A stretch of DNA of 64,000 nt from contig OZ241827.1 of the NCBI GenBank assembly GCA_965202585.1, positions 48,298,001-48,362,000 of the forward strand, in the 5' to 3' direction. The notes beneath the pieces were generated by a model. That model saw only the letters and a program-made list of their open reading frames with translations. It ran no database searches and was not told the DNA's origin. Below, piece by piece: positions 27,601-41,158 of the stretch; position 1 is the first letter of the stretch; each line of letters begins with the position of its first letter. The DNA is from Thalia democratica (taxonomy: Eukaryota). The translations under genes were made by a program, and so were the position numbers.

Positions 27601-27773
27601 ATTTATATTTTGAATAGTTAATTGAAATCTATTTTTTAATTTAAGCAACTTTGAAAAATTAAACTTGTACTTCTTTAAGTTTAGTTATAACAGTTTTCCA
27701 TTTACTTATATATATTTTTATTTTTGTATTATACTAAATATTTTTACAGTATTCACCACCCCGCCCACATTGA
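18640..27773 (+). CDS. TTYH: Tweety-family (TTYH) five-TM membrane protein, about 461 aa
   Basis: Exons 18640-18774, 19071-19249, 20082-20175, 20633-20742, 20816-20911, 22348-22420, 23346-23495, 24375-24565, 26778-27111 and 27750-27773 are phase-consistent GT-AG (1386 nt). There are five hydrophobic helices, GIADYCQNP (cf. TTYH GLSDFCxxP), YHIFC, a DEC...ELC cysteine pair before TM5, EDDDVF after TM5 and a C-terminal PPPY. A tentative extra first exon at 16406-16424 (ATGGAAAACTTGCACACAA|GTAAGA) would splice in frame to the AG at 18616. Confidence 0.85.
19561..20011 (-). mobile_element. Kolobok-like MITE in Tweety intron 2
   Basis: TTAA|GAGCATATGGGGG...CCCCTATGCCC|TTAA. It is an internally deleted, inverted relative of 60312-60998. 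Confidence 0.8.
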
Positions 27774-27849
27774 ATCAATTTTGTTTCATTTTGTCAAACT
27801 GATTAACAAACGCCATCGTCATTTATTCACATTGGTGCTTTATATTTTA

Positions 27850-28040
27850 TGTAAAGTGTCAAATTGTAACTACCTGGTCTTTTATTTTACTTCTTTTATC
27901 ATTTAAAGTTTCTTTCCATAAGTCTTCTTTTGTATTTCCATAGCTTATTTGCATTCTCTTTTTTGAAGAATTAAATCACGACCTAACTTAGTTTAAAAAT
28001 TTTCGACCAAATTTTTCCTTAATACACTTGGTGTAGTAAT
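27850..28040 (-). mobile_element. Possible decayed PLE linker remnant (second PLE type)
   Basis: Fragments KEKFGRKFLN and MQISYGNTK resemble the TNIGRKFL...KISYSC linker seen at 43880-44100. Heavily degraded. Confidence 0.3.
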
Positions 28041-29939
28041 CATTTAAGTTATCATGAAAACTTGTTATTTTTTGTTAATCTAAATAATTATTGCTTGTAC
28101 AACATTTTTTAAACGTTTTTTGTCTGAAGTTTTGCATTAAATGTGTTCTATTATGACATCTCAGTTTTCAAACTACGTTTTTCAAATATTTAAAAAAATT
28201 TAAGCTGTATCAGTTAAATACGATTTATGTTATTAAAGCACATAGTCAGCCATGTAATATCTGAAAATTTTTCAATTTCTACTGGTTGAACAAATTTTTG
28301 CTGCCAATTTTGGTTTCGTTTTTAACAATAAAGCTAGTTTGTCATTATTTTTTACACGATTTATTAGGCGCTTAAAACTTGAAGTGTTCTTAATTTGCAT
28401 TTCTTAAAGCTATTATTTTAATTGTATTTTTTGAATATAAACTTTGTTTTTTATACTCTCATAGATTTTTTTATGTTTATTAAAGTTCGGTTCCTAAATC
28501 AACGGTTTGTCACAAAGTTTTTTTATTTTTAACTAAATTTATAAGAAGTTGACATGAAACTAGCATTTTTTAGTGTAAAAGGATTTTTGGGACATACTTA
28601 AACATTGCATGGTTTTATTTAAAATTTCTATGAACTTTTGAAAAACTTTATTTTTTTGTAAGTAACATTAATGCTTTAAATTTTGAAAATTGTTAAAACT
28701 CTTTTGAAGTAACGTTTTTGCAAATTAATCATAAAAAAGTTTAGCAAATCTATTAGTATAAATAGAACTTCTTTCAAAGTCTATAAAACGATAATAGAAA
28801 CATTAAGCTTTTACAGACGAAAATATTTTCCATCGTAGAAATAACTTATAACTACCACCGTAATAATTAAACTTTCATTATTGTAATCATGTAGCATTTT
28901 ATTATATTTAAGTTATAAATTCTTAGTTTAAGTTTTATTAGTCGTTATTTTTCAATATAAAACTGTACAAAAGTTTATTTACAAATTAGAACTGGTTAAA
29001 TATACGAATGTCTGAAATGTATTGTTTTTAAAATTAGGAGATCAGAAAACTCAAAGTTTTAAATATGTAACTAGAAAATTTTTAATAAAAGTTAATTAGC
29101 TAAAAAGAAATTCTTGTAAAACTTGTTTTTAAGAATTAAGTTAAAAAAACTTCGTTATTATTTTGAATATACTAACTAGCCATTTTTTGAAGGCTATTTT
29201 ATATCATGTCTATAAAATGGTGGGAGTTAATAATTTATGACAAATGTAAACAAATAATAACAATTATTTATGTAATTCTAAAAGATTTTTATACTAAATG
29301 TTATGTACCTGAAACAATAGTTGGTTTTTCAAAAGTTTGACGAGAAATAAAGAGCTATAATTTTGTTTATAAAAAAAATATGTAAGGGTTAAATATCTCA
29401 TTGATTTAACGTGAAATTAAAACTACTTATAATTGTATACGTCGGTTGATGCAAAAAGCGGTAGTAGATTTTGAAACCTATTCTTTTGAATTGCATCATA
29501 AGTTAGGGTCTACTTTTTTCTTAAAGAGACGTATTTAAAGTATTAGTGTTGTTATACTTGAAATAAGTTTAAAAATTCATTTTGAGTCGTTTTACTAAAA
29601 TACTTTCATCATAAAAACATTAAAATTTTCGTCGTATGTCATTGTTTTTATTTGTTAACTGATAGTTTTACATACAATGAACTCTAAAACCAAATAACAA
29701 AATTTGTTATAATTTTTTTAGCTTAAATTAGTTTGAAAAAACTCTTGGTTTCAAAATTAAATGCCTTATAAATAAAGATGTAGTAACTATAAACCTAATA
29801 GGTTTAGAATACCTATCTTTCTAACTTTAAAACCGATAAAATATGGACAAAATCAGTTCCGTGTACTCTGTTTTAATTTATGACAAAGTTGTTAATTAAT
29901 AGAACATCAACAAGTTATTTATCAAAGTTTTACCCAAAA

Positions 29940-30165
29940 ACTGCACACAATTTGCAAACCATCCATGGAACCTAAAGGGAAAACATATTCAATTGAAAGT
30001 AGTATTATTGAGTCTATAAAAAATAACAACAACCACATTAGTATTTGCACCTTATGCAGTCTGAAAAGGCTTCATATTGCACTAATATATAAAAAAAAAA
30101 GGTCCATAAACAAAAGAAATGAACTCATTACTCAATTTCCACATTATTTAGTGGAATTTATATAA
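29940..30165 (+). mobile_element. PLE GIY-YIG C-terminal remnant (Neptune-like type)
   Basis: TQFANHPWNLK...YSIE..II...CTLCSLKRLHIA...INKRNELITQFPH matches the recalled pattern TxLSxHIWxLK...IxWxI...CxLCxxE...LNKRxEL...CxH. Confidence 0.65.
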
Positions 30166-30870
30166 GTTAGCATTTAAAAGTAAAGTTACTGCTCTAAATT
30201 AGTGTTGTATCCATCTTCAGTATTTAAAAGTTTTATTTCCATAAAAAAATTATTTTCTTTTTAGTTTGTTTATTTTAAATTTTGCGAGGAGCTAGATAAT
30301 TTATTTTTAATGATTTTATTAGTGTTTTAAAATTCAATAGTTTATAAGTTATACTCCTAAACTTAAAGTTTTCTTTACTATAATTTTAACCAAAGTCAAA
30401 TGTTTTTAATAGCACACTGATTTTTCATTTAAAATCATTTCCTACTACATAATGCAAAACAATGCAGTTCTAACCATAACAACCCAAGTTGTAAACAACA
30501 TATATAATATTTTTTTAAATTGTTTTTCTTATATAATTTACATAGATTTTAGCTAAATTTCATTTATATATTTAAATATTATTTCTGTATTTAAACCTAA
30601 TTAGCCATTATACACTATTCAAATTGATACAACTTGTTTTCTATAAAATTTTGCTATACTTTAACCAGTACTTTTTTTTTTGAGTAGATTGTCATTTTAA
30701 TAATGTTTTATTGCAACCTTTTTTTTTCTGTAAAACTGCGTAACTTTAAATTTTACAATAAATAATATTTTTAAACATGTGAATCTTCAATTTGTTTTTG
30801 AATTGATTCCTGTGTTAAATCTGTTTTAACTAAATAATATGAAAATTGTTTATTGAACGACAAAAAGAAA

Positions 30871-30952
30871 GTGCTCAAAATACTTGATCCTAGGACTTGG
30901 TGCATGAATAAAAACTTTCGGTTATCGAGTCGCACACCACGGATACCTTTTA
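30871..30952 (-). repeat. Unclassified ~80-bp dispersed repeat, copy 3
   Basis: The reverse complement TAAAAGGTATCCGTGGTGTGCGACTCGATAACCGAAAG...TGCACCAAGTCCTAGGATCAAG closely matches 570-648. Confidence 0.7.
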
Positions 30953-31855
30953 ACGTCAAATCAAGGACAATAAATATTTTTCGTATATATTTAGTATAAT
31001 TTATAATTTTTAGTACAAAAAGTAAATTTACACAAATTATAATGGCAAGACATGTCTAGGATTTTTAAAGTAAGGTAACACAATTTTTTCTATTCATTAA
31101 CAAAGTTTTATTTTAAATTAGCTTTAAATAAAACACTTTAGAAGAAGAAGTAATTGACTATTGTAATGAGATAGTATTGTAAATTATAACGTTAGTAAAG
31201 ACTTGGTTTCATGAAATTAATATTAAAACATTTGCAAAGGAAACATCCTTTTTAATTTATTACAGATAAAAATTGTTTTAATTTTTTAACTGATACAGAC
31301 ATTATGACATCTAAAAGATAAACCTTTGCGTAAGAAATCATAGTTATAATTGTAACAATCGTTTCTAAGTTTAAAAATTTTTATATAGTTTTACCAAATT
31401 AAAATACAAACAACTTAATTTGAGCTCTATGCAGTGGTGTTAATGTAAATATGTAGTTAGTTACAACAAGTATTTAAAAAATTAAAGTTTTTATTGACCT
31501 AAATAATTGGCAGATTTTTTATTGTCAAGTTACTTTTTTATCTTAGTATACTAACAGCTAGAGATAACTTTTAATAAAACACAACATTTTAAGATATTAT
31601 TAATGAACACATCAACTTTAAAAAGAAGTTGTTTCTGTTTTAATAATTAAGACAAAAAGAGATTATTCTTTTATTTAGATTTAATTAGTTTAAAGTTAAC
31701 TTTTTATATTATAAACTTTAATATTTAGTTAAAGTCGAAAGGGATTTTGTTCAGCTTAAAACCATTTTCAACTATAAATTACTGTTTTTTTTTTTGTAAT
31801 TTTAGTTATACAAAAAATTATTTATTTCAAAGATACATATAACTCAAGTTTGCAT

Positions 31856-31891
31856 AACAAAATATATTTTGCACTTAACTCATCAGTTGTT
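31856..31891 (-). ncRNA. Minimal type I hammerhead ribozyme motif with G12A substitution
   Basis: Minus strand reads AACAA CUGAUGA GUUAAGUGC AAA AUAUAU U UUGUU: 5-bp helix I, intact CUGAUGA, palindromic helix III, about 180 nt downstream of the PLE stop at 32072. GAA is replaced by AAA (CpG to CpA). Confidence 0.5.
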
Positions 31892-32071
31892 TACTAAGCA
31901 ATAAGAATAAAGTTAGTCAAAAGGTAATCAATGTAAAAGTAATAACAATGAGCAAAGGGTAGTTAACAATACATAAGTAGTTTTAATTACAATGAAACTA
32001 AAAATAAATAAAACATATGTAACAAACTACAAAACTATTTATGAAAACAATGAAACAGTATAATCAAAATC

Positions 32072-32800
32072 TTAATGTTTACACAACTTAGATTTTCGTA
32101 ATAAAATACATATATCTTCAAGTTTAATTAAATCAAAAGTTCTATAAAATTTATAAATAGTTTTAAATCTTTTCAAATTATAATAACTTACCCAATCAGG
32201 TTTTTTAATTAGGTGTTCTGCAATAGCAGATCTTTTTGAAGCATTTACTACTCTTTTAGAATTGTTTTCTTTATTATACATTTTACAAAATTCATCAATA
32301 CTTTTTGGAATATGTTCTTTTACCCTTTTACCAAATTGCCTTGAAGTCGTACTGACTTAACTGTCTTCACATAAGCAGTTAAACTGGTAAACTACCATAC
32401 TTTTTTATTTATTCTGATATCTGATCTTTATCTCCAGGTCTAATCAATGTTCTAGATATGAAAATAACTCTCGGTTTTGCTGAGTGATAAGATTTACTTA
32501 TTAATTGGTTGATATGTTCTCTATAATTCTTGAGTCCTTATTGACATAAGGTTTTAATAAATTAATCGAACATTTTTCCGGTCCTACTGACTTTATTTTT
32601 CTCAAACTTTTAAGGTTTAAATTAATAAATTTGTTTCTAACTTTTTTAGATAGCAATTTTTATTTAGTATCAATTTTATCTTATTGATTTCATCAGCAAA
32701 TATTCTTTTGAACAAATTTTATGTGCACGGTAGTAGAACGTTCTTATCAAATTTGTCTTCCTTTTCATACTACAAAACGAATAAAGTTTTAATGTTTAAT
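32072..32800 (-). mobile_element. Decayed Penelope-like element (thumb/linker + GIY-YIG)
   Basis: The ORF ends with SKRSAIAEHLIKKP...DLIKLEDICILLRKSKLCKH. Upstream frames give PRVIFISR, VVYQFNCLCED and KRVKEHIP, parallel to the 2064-3254 element. Confidence 0.8.
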
Positions 32801-33432
32801 CTTGTCAAAAGAAAACATAATGACAAAACATAGTGAATTTGTTTAGAAAATAGTTTTCTAATACAACTAAAAACAATATAGTTGTTTTATCGCATATACG
32901 AATATAATATACATTTTATCATCAAAATAGTAATATTAAATTTTCTACAACTTAATTTCTAGTTTGTCAAATTAAATTACATTTCCTTCAATTTTATAAA
33001 CTTATTAACCACATCTAAAACTGCTAAAATAGAATACATTTTTAACTATTGCATAATAAGTTATTAAAATGAAACATTTCAATATTTATGGTGTGGCATT
33101 TCAACTTGAAAAATAAAAATATTTTTAAAACACTTATTACCTGTTAATTTTATTACGTACCTTAAGTTTTAAAATCAAACTGAACATAAATATAATATTT
33201 GTTTCAATATTAGAAATTTAAAGTTTATTTAAAGCACAAAATAAAAGTGTAATCATACACGCTAAAACCAAAAAAATACCCATAAAAATTTTACTAGTAG
33301 AAAATAATCTGCATTTGAACGTTTTTTTTTAAGTTTTGCTACTTTTACCTTTTAGTATCAAAATATAAATTTAGTAAAACATTTATTATAATAAATATTT
33401 TGATTGACAACAGCTTTATAAGCTTTAGATAA

Positions 33433-36080
33433 TTAGACTAAAGCCCAAAATTGTTGTTTTGACTTTTTCTCTAAAAATTCAAGTTGAGGCACAAGTGTGC
33501 ATGAAAATAAATATTTATTTTTTGTAATTTTGACTGCTCCCTCAGAAAATTGATTCTGTTTTACATCGTAACATAATACTGTATTTCTACCAAATGTGTA
33601 AATTTTAATTTTCATAAAAAAATTGATTCTGCTAAATAATAATTTATTACACTTGAAAAACTAAGATTTAAATGGGTAAACCTTCGCTAAACAAAAACTT
33701 TAAGTGTCGCATTGGCTTACACACAAACAATTTGTTTTTAACTGCAACTAATTTAACTGTGTAGTGAAAACGTATACCGTTAATCATGTTGGGCATATAG
33801 GACAACGTATCAGAAACATTATCATAAGTCTCTACTGTATTAAAGTCTAAATGGCCTAGACCAGTGGTTCCCAACCTTTCTGATGCCCCGCACCCCCAAA
33901 GTCTCTTTATTTGATCTCGCACCCCTAAAACTATATGCTAAAATTATTTATTAATAATTTGATTATGTAGTCATTGATTTCATTAATTAATATATTTTTT
34001 TTAAATTTTTATGATAGTGTACTGTATTAACAAAAATAAAATACTTAGAAATTTAAAAACATTTCAGTGTTCAACTGTTTCTGCACTTTCTGCACAACTA
34101 AGCTTAACAAAAGATTACATTATAAATGTAATAGACTTAACAGAACCTGTTCTTAACAGCTAATAAAAAACCTGCTGAAGATACTAATTTTTAATGTTAG
34201 TATTTTAATTAAAATAGATGCTAGATCATAAAATGTTTTAAACAATTAATGGCAAGTTAAGAAATTTAAATATTTAAAGAATATATGATAAAAAATTCAC
34301 AGGTGTAAAACTCTAAGAAAGCTTTACTGAAAGTAAATTTTAAACTAACAGCTATTAAATGAAATTAGTAAATAAAATTACTTCTAGAAAAGCGCTCTTG
34401 CTCTATGACGTATTAATATAATTAATTTATTCAGAAAATTAGCACTAACTTCTTTTTATAACAAAATGTACTTTTTTACTTTATAAACTTTATCAGAAAG
34501 TAAAAATCTCCTTATTTATTATACAAAAATGAAAAGCCATCTCGCACCCCCAAGGGGTGCGAGCACCCCTGGCCTAGACGGTAGCCACAAGAAACTAAAA
34601 CATTTCCTTCATAAACAGTACAAGCTGCACCCCGTTGCCTAAAACTATTCATTTTAGCAACTTCATTCCAATCGTTATTTTTTGTATCAAAACACAAACA
34701 ACAACTAAAAAAATTTTTGTTCATCTAAACCACCCAGTACGTGAATTTGATCTACAAAATCACAGACTCAATAGTTGTAATCTTTTTCGGGAATTTTAGT
34801 TACTGTTTACCACTTGTTAGTGAAAACGGAATATTTATCTACAGTAGAACAACATACAGTTACATTAAAGCCTTCAAAAGAGTAAATTTAACCTTTACAT
34901 TAAACTGTTTTATGCTGGCACCGTTCTGTTTTAATCGGAACTGAAACTCTTACATCTTTGAAATTGTTACTAACAATTTTATAAGCATTGTTAAAAAAAA
35001 TTGTTCAGATACAACTTTGCTCATCTTGCCACCCCCGGTCATTACAATACTAAACAAACTATGAGCGCAGTGTCTGTGTGATATAACGATTTTAGGTTTC
35101 TTTCCTAATGAACCATTTTATTTTTAGCGCAACTTCTTTTATTAAGGTGGCAAACTCTTCATTTTTGCTTAAACATACTCTCTGACTAATTACATCGTTT
35201 AAGTACTGATCTGGTAACATAATAAGACGAACTTTCGACACAATAATTTTGGCATACTTGCTTCTCTTTGCATAGTCATAGCCCACCCAATAATCTACTG
35301 CAGTCAATACTTCTAGTTCTGAATCAATATTCAATTCAGAGCTTGAAATATTTTTTGCAAATAAAATCTAGTTCTAAAAAGTTCTTTGTATCGCAAACTG
35401 TTGAAAAAACGTGTAATGTAGCATAAAGCTTGCTTATAAAGTTCAGAAAAGATAAAAAAGTTGGCTATTTGGTAAAAAGTCGTCACATTTTCGACATTAA
35501 CCTTTTTTAATATCAGCTTAAAGTCTTTAGTTTCAAGGTTTCTTTGTAATAAAATAATGCTAGATTTTACTACCTTGACAAACTTATTTCTAACCAAATT
35601 CTTAGTTCCTGAAAACAATTTTGGATTATATAAACAGCCTATTTTTTAAGAAAGTAGTTATAAACCGATGTAGAATTGTTAAACAGTAAAAATAAAAGAG
35701 CTGAACAGATATGAAGTTGACTGAAAATAGCTTAGTAGATAAATAAAACGTTTATCGTTTGTCTAATAGAAAGTACATATATTTTAATTTATTCTTTTTA
35801 CTTAATTTATAAACTAAAGCTATTGTGGATAAAGTAGCGTAAAATCTCTAAAATTTTTAATTTTAAAACTACTGAAAAATACTATTTATACCTCTTTTGA
35901 TGTAGTCGTTGTATACTCTTGACATTTTCTATCTTGTAAAGCTCCCTTTTTACAGTCTTTGATTAGTACATTACCCATATTATTTGTAGACTTTGCACCA
36001 CAGATGTTTAGATCTTGACTGATATTTTCAAGATTTGTTTTTATTGCTTCATTTTCTTTTTGAACAATTTTAAAAAACAA
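33433..36080 (-). pseudogene. Intronless Kelch-like (BACK + Kelch repeats) pseudogene
   Basis: Frameshifted segments encode BACK motifs (VNVENV...QIANFF; IDSELEVLTAVDYWVGYD...KVRLIML) and Kelch repeats (CFDTKNNDWNEVAKM...AACTVYEGNVLVSCG; TVETYD...MPNM; VLCYD...FSC). It is interrupted by a MITE at 33862-34571. Confidence 0.8.
33862..34571. mobile_element. hAT (Charlie/Buster-like) MITE with perfect 8-bp TSD
   Basis: GCCTAGAC(33854-61)|CAGTGGTTCCCAACC...CGAGCACCCCTG|GCCTAGAC(34572-79). Removing the element and one TSD restores the Kelch frame GYRLGHLDFNTVETYD. Confidence 0.88.
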
Positions 36081-39000
36081 AGTTATTTAATAACTTTTAT
36101 AAGGTTTGCAAACACCTAAATAATTAGTTTTAAGTAATTGTTTTTGGTTGATTATTTTAATAGATCAAGTGTTAACTGTACTATAAATTAGACAAGAGCT
36201 GCAAAACATATTACAAGAAAAAACACAAAAAATATTTCTAAAATTCATTTATTTCTTTTTATGCTATTTTTGGTAATAAAAAACTTTAAATAATAAAAAG
36301 CATCTTTATAATTTCAGAAAAGATATTTTAGTCTTTATGTTAGTCTTTTTTAAGTTATAACTTATTCGAAGCGAATATCAGCATAAAGTATTCTTTAACA
36401 CAGTATGCAAACTAGTATGTAATGATTTTTCTATTATAATTAGATTCTTTGATAAACTAGATTAAAATCAAGTTTAAACGTTTTAAAAATTTGGTAAAAC
36501 TTTTTTTATTCTACTTTAATTAACCTTTTTTTCTAATAACATTAATAATTAAAAATTAGGCTGGTTTTATATACTTGCTCGTTTTAATTTTTTTAATTCT
36601 ATTTTGAAAAATTAAAAATATCCATAAATATATTTATAGTACAGTTTAGTCAATATTTGCTATATCTATTTATTTTAGACTTCTGACACTGACAATTTTT
36701 ATTTTAAGTATCAAAAAGTAGCGACTGTAAAGTAAAAAAAAATAGCTCAAATAGGCTAACCTAAAAATTATTTAAATACAGAATTTACAATTGTTTTAGA
36801 AATATAAGAAAAATCAAAAATTAAGTATCGCAGAAAGTATTATTATAGTTTATGGAAAGACAAAAAAAGACGGTTAAAAAGTCCTTGGGTTGGTTATTAA
36901 GCATACAATTGAAGTTAAGCACATACAACTTATTTGTTTAAGTTTAAAACAACATTGTTTTATTCAACAGCATTTTTTTAAACATAATTGTATAAATTGT
37001 CTTGTTTTATTTAAATCTTTATGTAACAAGTGTATTTTATAACTATTTTACTTAGGCAAAATTTTATATAACCAGGGTCATCTTGAGTTTTTCAAATAAA
37101 AGAAATAAAGAGTTTAAAAACTGAAAAAAAATCATAAGATCGAAAAGAATTAATTAGTTCAGTGTTCAGAACTAAATACACACAACTTTAGGTAAAAAAA
37201 TATAAGCATGAAAGCTAATGATAAATTTGTTATTAATCCTAATTAGCCATATGTTTCCAAAAACCTTCAACAGTCTTGAGCTAGCCTTAGCTTCAAAATA
37301 ACCTGAAAATTTGTACAAGTATTAGCCAGGATAAGTGTTTCTAAAACTTTTAAATATTCTAGTGGCTTGAGGTGAAGCAGCCCTGTCTGTTATGATACTA
37401 GTTTCAAAAAAGATAGTTTAGACTGACTTAAAAAAGATTGCCACTATTTGAAGCAAAAAACACAGCCTGAGTCAGCCTAAGATTATGAACTATTAGTTTT
37501 AAGTATTAAAAGCTTAAAGGTAATAGAAAAAACATCTTTTCTTAAAATTAATAATGAAGAAGGTAAAAATAATGTGTAAAACACAAAACTACTTAATATC
37601 TAAATAAAAGTAATAAAAAAAGTAAACGATATTTTTGAAATAAACCAAACTAGCCTGTTGTTTGAAAAGTTAGTTTGAAAAGGAGTCTAAGCTAGCCTGA
37701 GTTTTACTGAAGTTTTGAATAATTTAGGTGAGCTATAATATTAGACATTAGACAAAAACTAGGTGAGCTATTACATAAGACAAAAAATACTTATATCCAA
37801 CACAAAAATCAATAAAAATTATCTTTTTAAACTTTATTCATCAGATAGCATAATTTATGTTATTAATAAGTACTTTTCGTTTTTACTTCTGAATTATGTT
37901 CTTTTGTTTTAAAACTGGTGTGAGGAAAGAACATAAAATTATTAAAATAGCAAATCAGTATTCTAATTTTAAGTATATTTATGAAAAACAGCAATCAAAA
38001 GTACTAGAAAAGTTCACCTAACTCATATTAACATAGTTACACATACATAACATTAACCTTCAAGCTCATCAAAACAGTTTAAAAATTATATTTTATTTGT
38101 ATAAAACTTCTTTATCCTAAATTAGTTTAGATCATAAGCTGTTAATCATAGCTATCTTAGATACATCTGGTTTTGTTGAAAGCCTTCAAATAGTTACAGT
38201 TTTTATTTTCAGGGTTGTCCTGACTAAACTTCCTAATTAGTTCGAATTGAAAATAGTGTAAAATACTAAATATAATTAATAATTTTTAATGTAAGTTTTG
38301 TGTTAACAATTCACCTTTAGAACAAAAAACCCACATTGTTAAATAAATATACGACAAAACCTAACAAACTGCAAAAAAACTTGAATAACGAAATATTTAT
38401 TTAAATAACAAGCGGACTTTGTATTTTGAACAAAAACAAAGTATAAAAAACTTATTAAAGCTAGAGTAAAATTTAGATATAAATATTAAAATATGAACTT
38501 TATAGCAGAAAATTTATCAAACTTTTTTAAATGGCTTGAAAATAGCTTGTAATTTGCCAAGTTTGCCTGTAATTTTTTTCAAGTTATATACTAATACCTA
38601 CGACTTTTTATAAAGTTTACTAGTATAGTTTAGTAGTGACTTTTTGAATTTCCTAAAACATAATAATACTATTTTTAATATAATAATATTTTTAAAACAT
38701 ATTTAATTGGCCTATTTTGAATTAAAACTTCCTTTTTTAAATGTGATCTCTTTCGTAAATATAAAACTTTTATATAGCTTATACTTTTTTTCTACAAAAA
38801 AAACTAATTTTAACTTGATAGTAAAAAGCTAACAGTAAAATATTAACTTTTAGTAAACGGTTTCAAAGAAAAAGCATATTAATTTTTTTATTAAGTATAT
38901 TCCTGTTGTGTTCAGGGTCGCACATGAAACCAGTCAAAACACGTCCCTACATTATGGTACAAATTTTAAACTTTTATTATAAGTTTTACTCGGGATTACA

Positions 39001-41158
39001 GAATTTCTCTTTATAATTTTTTACTCAATTTATAAATTATAATTAAATTTTTACAGCACTTCTAAAGTTAACTTTTAAATACAACAGAACTACTTTTTAC
39101 AATAAACAAGCAATATAAATTTGGCAAAAATAAGCATGTATTTTGATTGAATAAAACATTAGTATATGTAAAAAGTTGTTTCTACTTTTTTTTTTGAACT
39201 TAAATTGTTATTCAATCAACTTAAAACTAAACTAAATAATAAATACTACCTTGATATATGAAACATTTTTAATCGTTGCGTAATAATTCTAACCAGAAAT
39301 AGAAAACTAGCATTTATTTACTTGTTACTATTTTTAAAATACAATTTTTTTATGTAAAAATTCTAAACTTTTTTTATCAAACACTAAGCAGTGATTAATT
39401 ATTAAGTCTTTTATCATGTTTAAAAATATAAACCTCTTTTAAACATTTTACATAAATAGTTGGTATCTTTTTTCAAGTTTTATTATTTGAATAAGCTGTT
39501 TACATTTCAGTAAATTGAGCAATCTTTTTTAGTTAAGATAAATAACTATATAAGTTTTGTTATGCAAGTGAAGTTTTAAAAAAAGTATTTTACTTATGTA
39601 ATATGTGCCTAAAGATTTTAACTGTCCGGACTCCGGTCACCTTTTTTTAGTGCAATTTTATCAAACTTTTTACACATTTTTACTGTACATTGTTTTAGTT
39701 GTTAAATTTCACTTACTATCTCTCAGTTCTAGAAACCTTAACGATTAGAACTTGCGAGCCGAAAGTTTGTGAACAACTAAATTTCTATAACTTAAAACTA
39801 TAAAAATAGCGTGTTTTTAGTGTTCTTATTGTATTCGCTGTTTGTAGTTTTTTTACTTTCAACTCAGTTTCAAGTAAATTTTTCACAACCTTAAATATTT
39901 TTTTCGACTAATTCTGTAATAAAAATAACTTTAAATCATTAAAGTATAACTTGATCCCAAATTAAACCTACACACATATTTCTACATTTGAGTCTTTATA
40001 ACGTAACTAATTTCAGCTAGATATTGAAAAATAAGTTAATTATTCGAAATGTACTCCAGTATTTTAATTGCAGATTAAATCTTATTAACAGCGTAATATA
40101 AAGTCAGCACGTATTTTTTAAATAAAAGTTGAAGTTTTTTTAGTAGTATTGTTTAAGCTTTGCTACTTTATTTCAGTTGCTGTAAACTATTTTTTAAATT
40201 GAAAAAGAAATAAGAATAAGTATTTTTAATAAAAAAGTATAAATTTTCAGAACAACTTTATGAAACGGGGATTAAAATTTAGTACATAAAACATTAGAGA
40301 TATCTTTTTTCTAAAACTCTTATCATAATGCCCACTTTAACTTATATTTTTGATTTTAAAATTCAAGTATAGCATTTAAATGACACTTAAACATCTGTAA
40401 AAAGTTTAAAAAAGTTTTTAGCTGTGACTTAATATGAAATTTCAGCCTTCAAAATCTACTTTTTAAGTTCATTTTTATTTTGTTGTTGGACCCAGTTATA
40501 AACTTAGCTCTACTAAACAAGACTCTTTTATTGCTTTTAAACTGTTTTATTTTTATATTGTTATGTTTATGTTATACTTGAATTATGTTATATTTGATTT
40601 TTTATATTTAAATATTTTCATAAAAAAACTTTATCGGTTTTCTTCAAACATTTTAGAAAGTTTGGCGAACTTAAAATTAATTCAGGAATTAGTAATCTAA
40701 TAATCATATTTACTTAAGAAAATAGTTATATATACTAAGTTGAAAAAAAAAACCTTTCAGATTCGATAAGAACAATTTCGTACCTTTTTTATTAACTAAA
40801 TACTCCTAATTAAAAATTTTGGAATAGCACAAATGTAAATGATCTACTATAGCATATGTAAAAAATTCTTATTAAATAGATATTAAAACGATTTTAGTAA
40901 ACTCATCAATTTTTTTATTATAAATCTTAGTTAGCCATAAAAAAAAATTTTACTTTAAGATTACATAGTACGTTTAGGGCTATTTAAAGCAATTTAAAAT
41001 TGAAACATATGATAGAAAATATATATAACTAAGCTAACAAAAATTTAGTCTAACTTACTTTTAGTAATTATTTTTTGATATTTTGTTATTTATACTAATT
41101 AACATTTGCTAGATATCAAACAGCCAAATATTTTCAAAGTGTATGTTTATTAAAATAG

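Noticed and set aside
30771-30959. 62-aa ORF over repeat copy 3
   Set aside because: The frame is not conserved in the other two copies.
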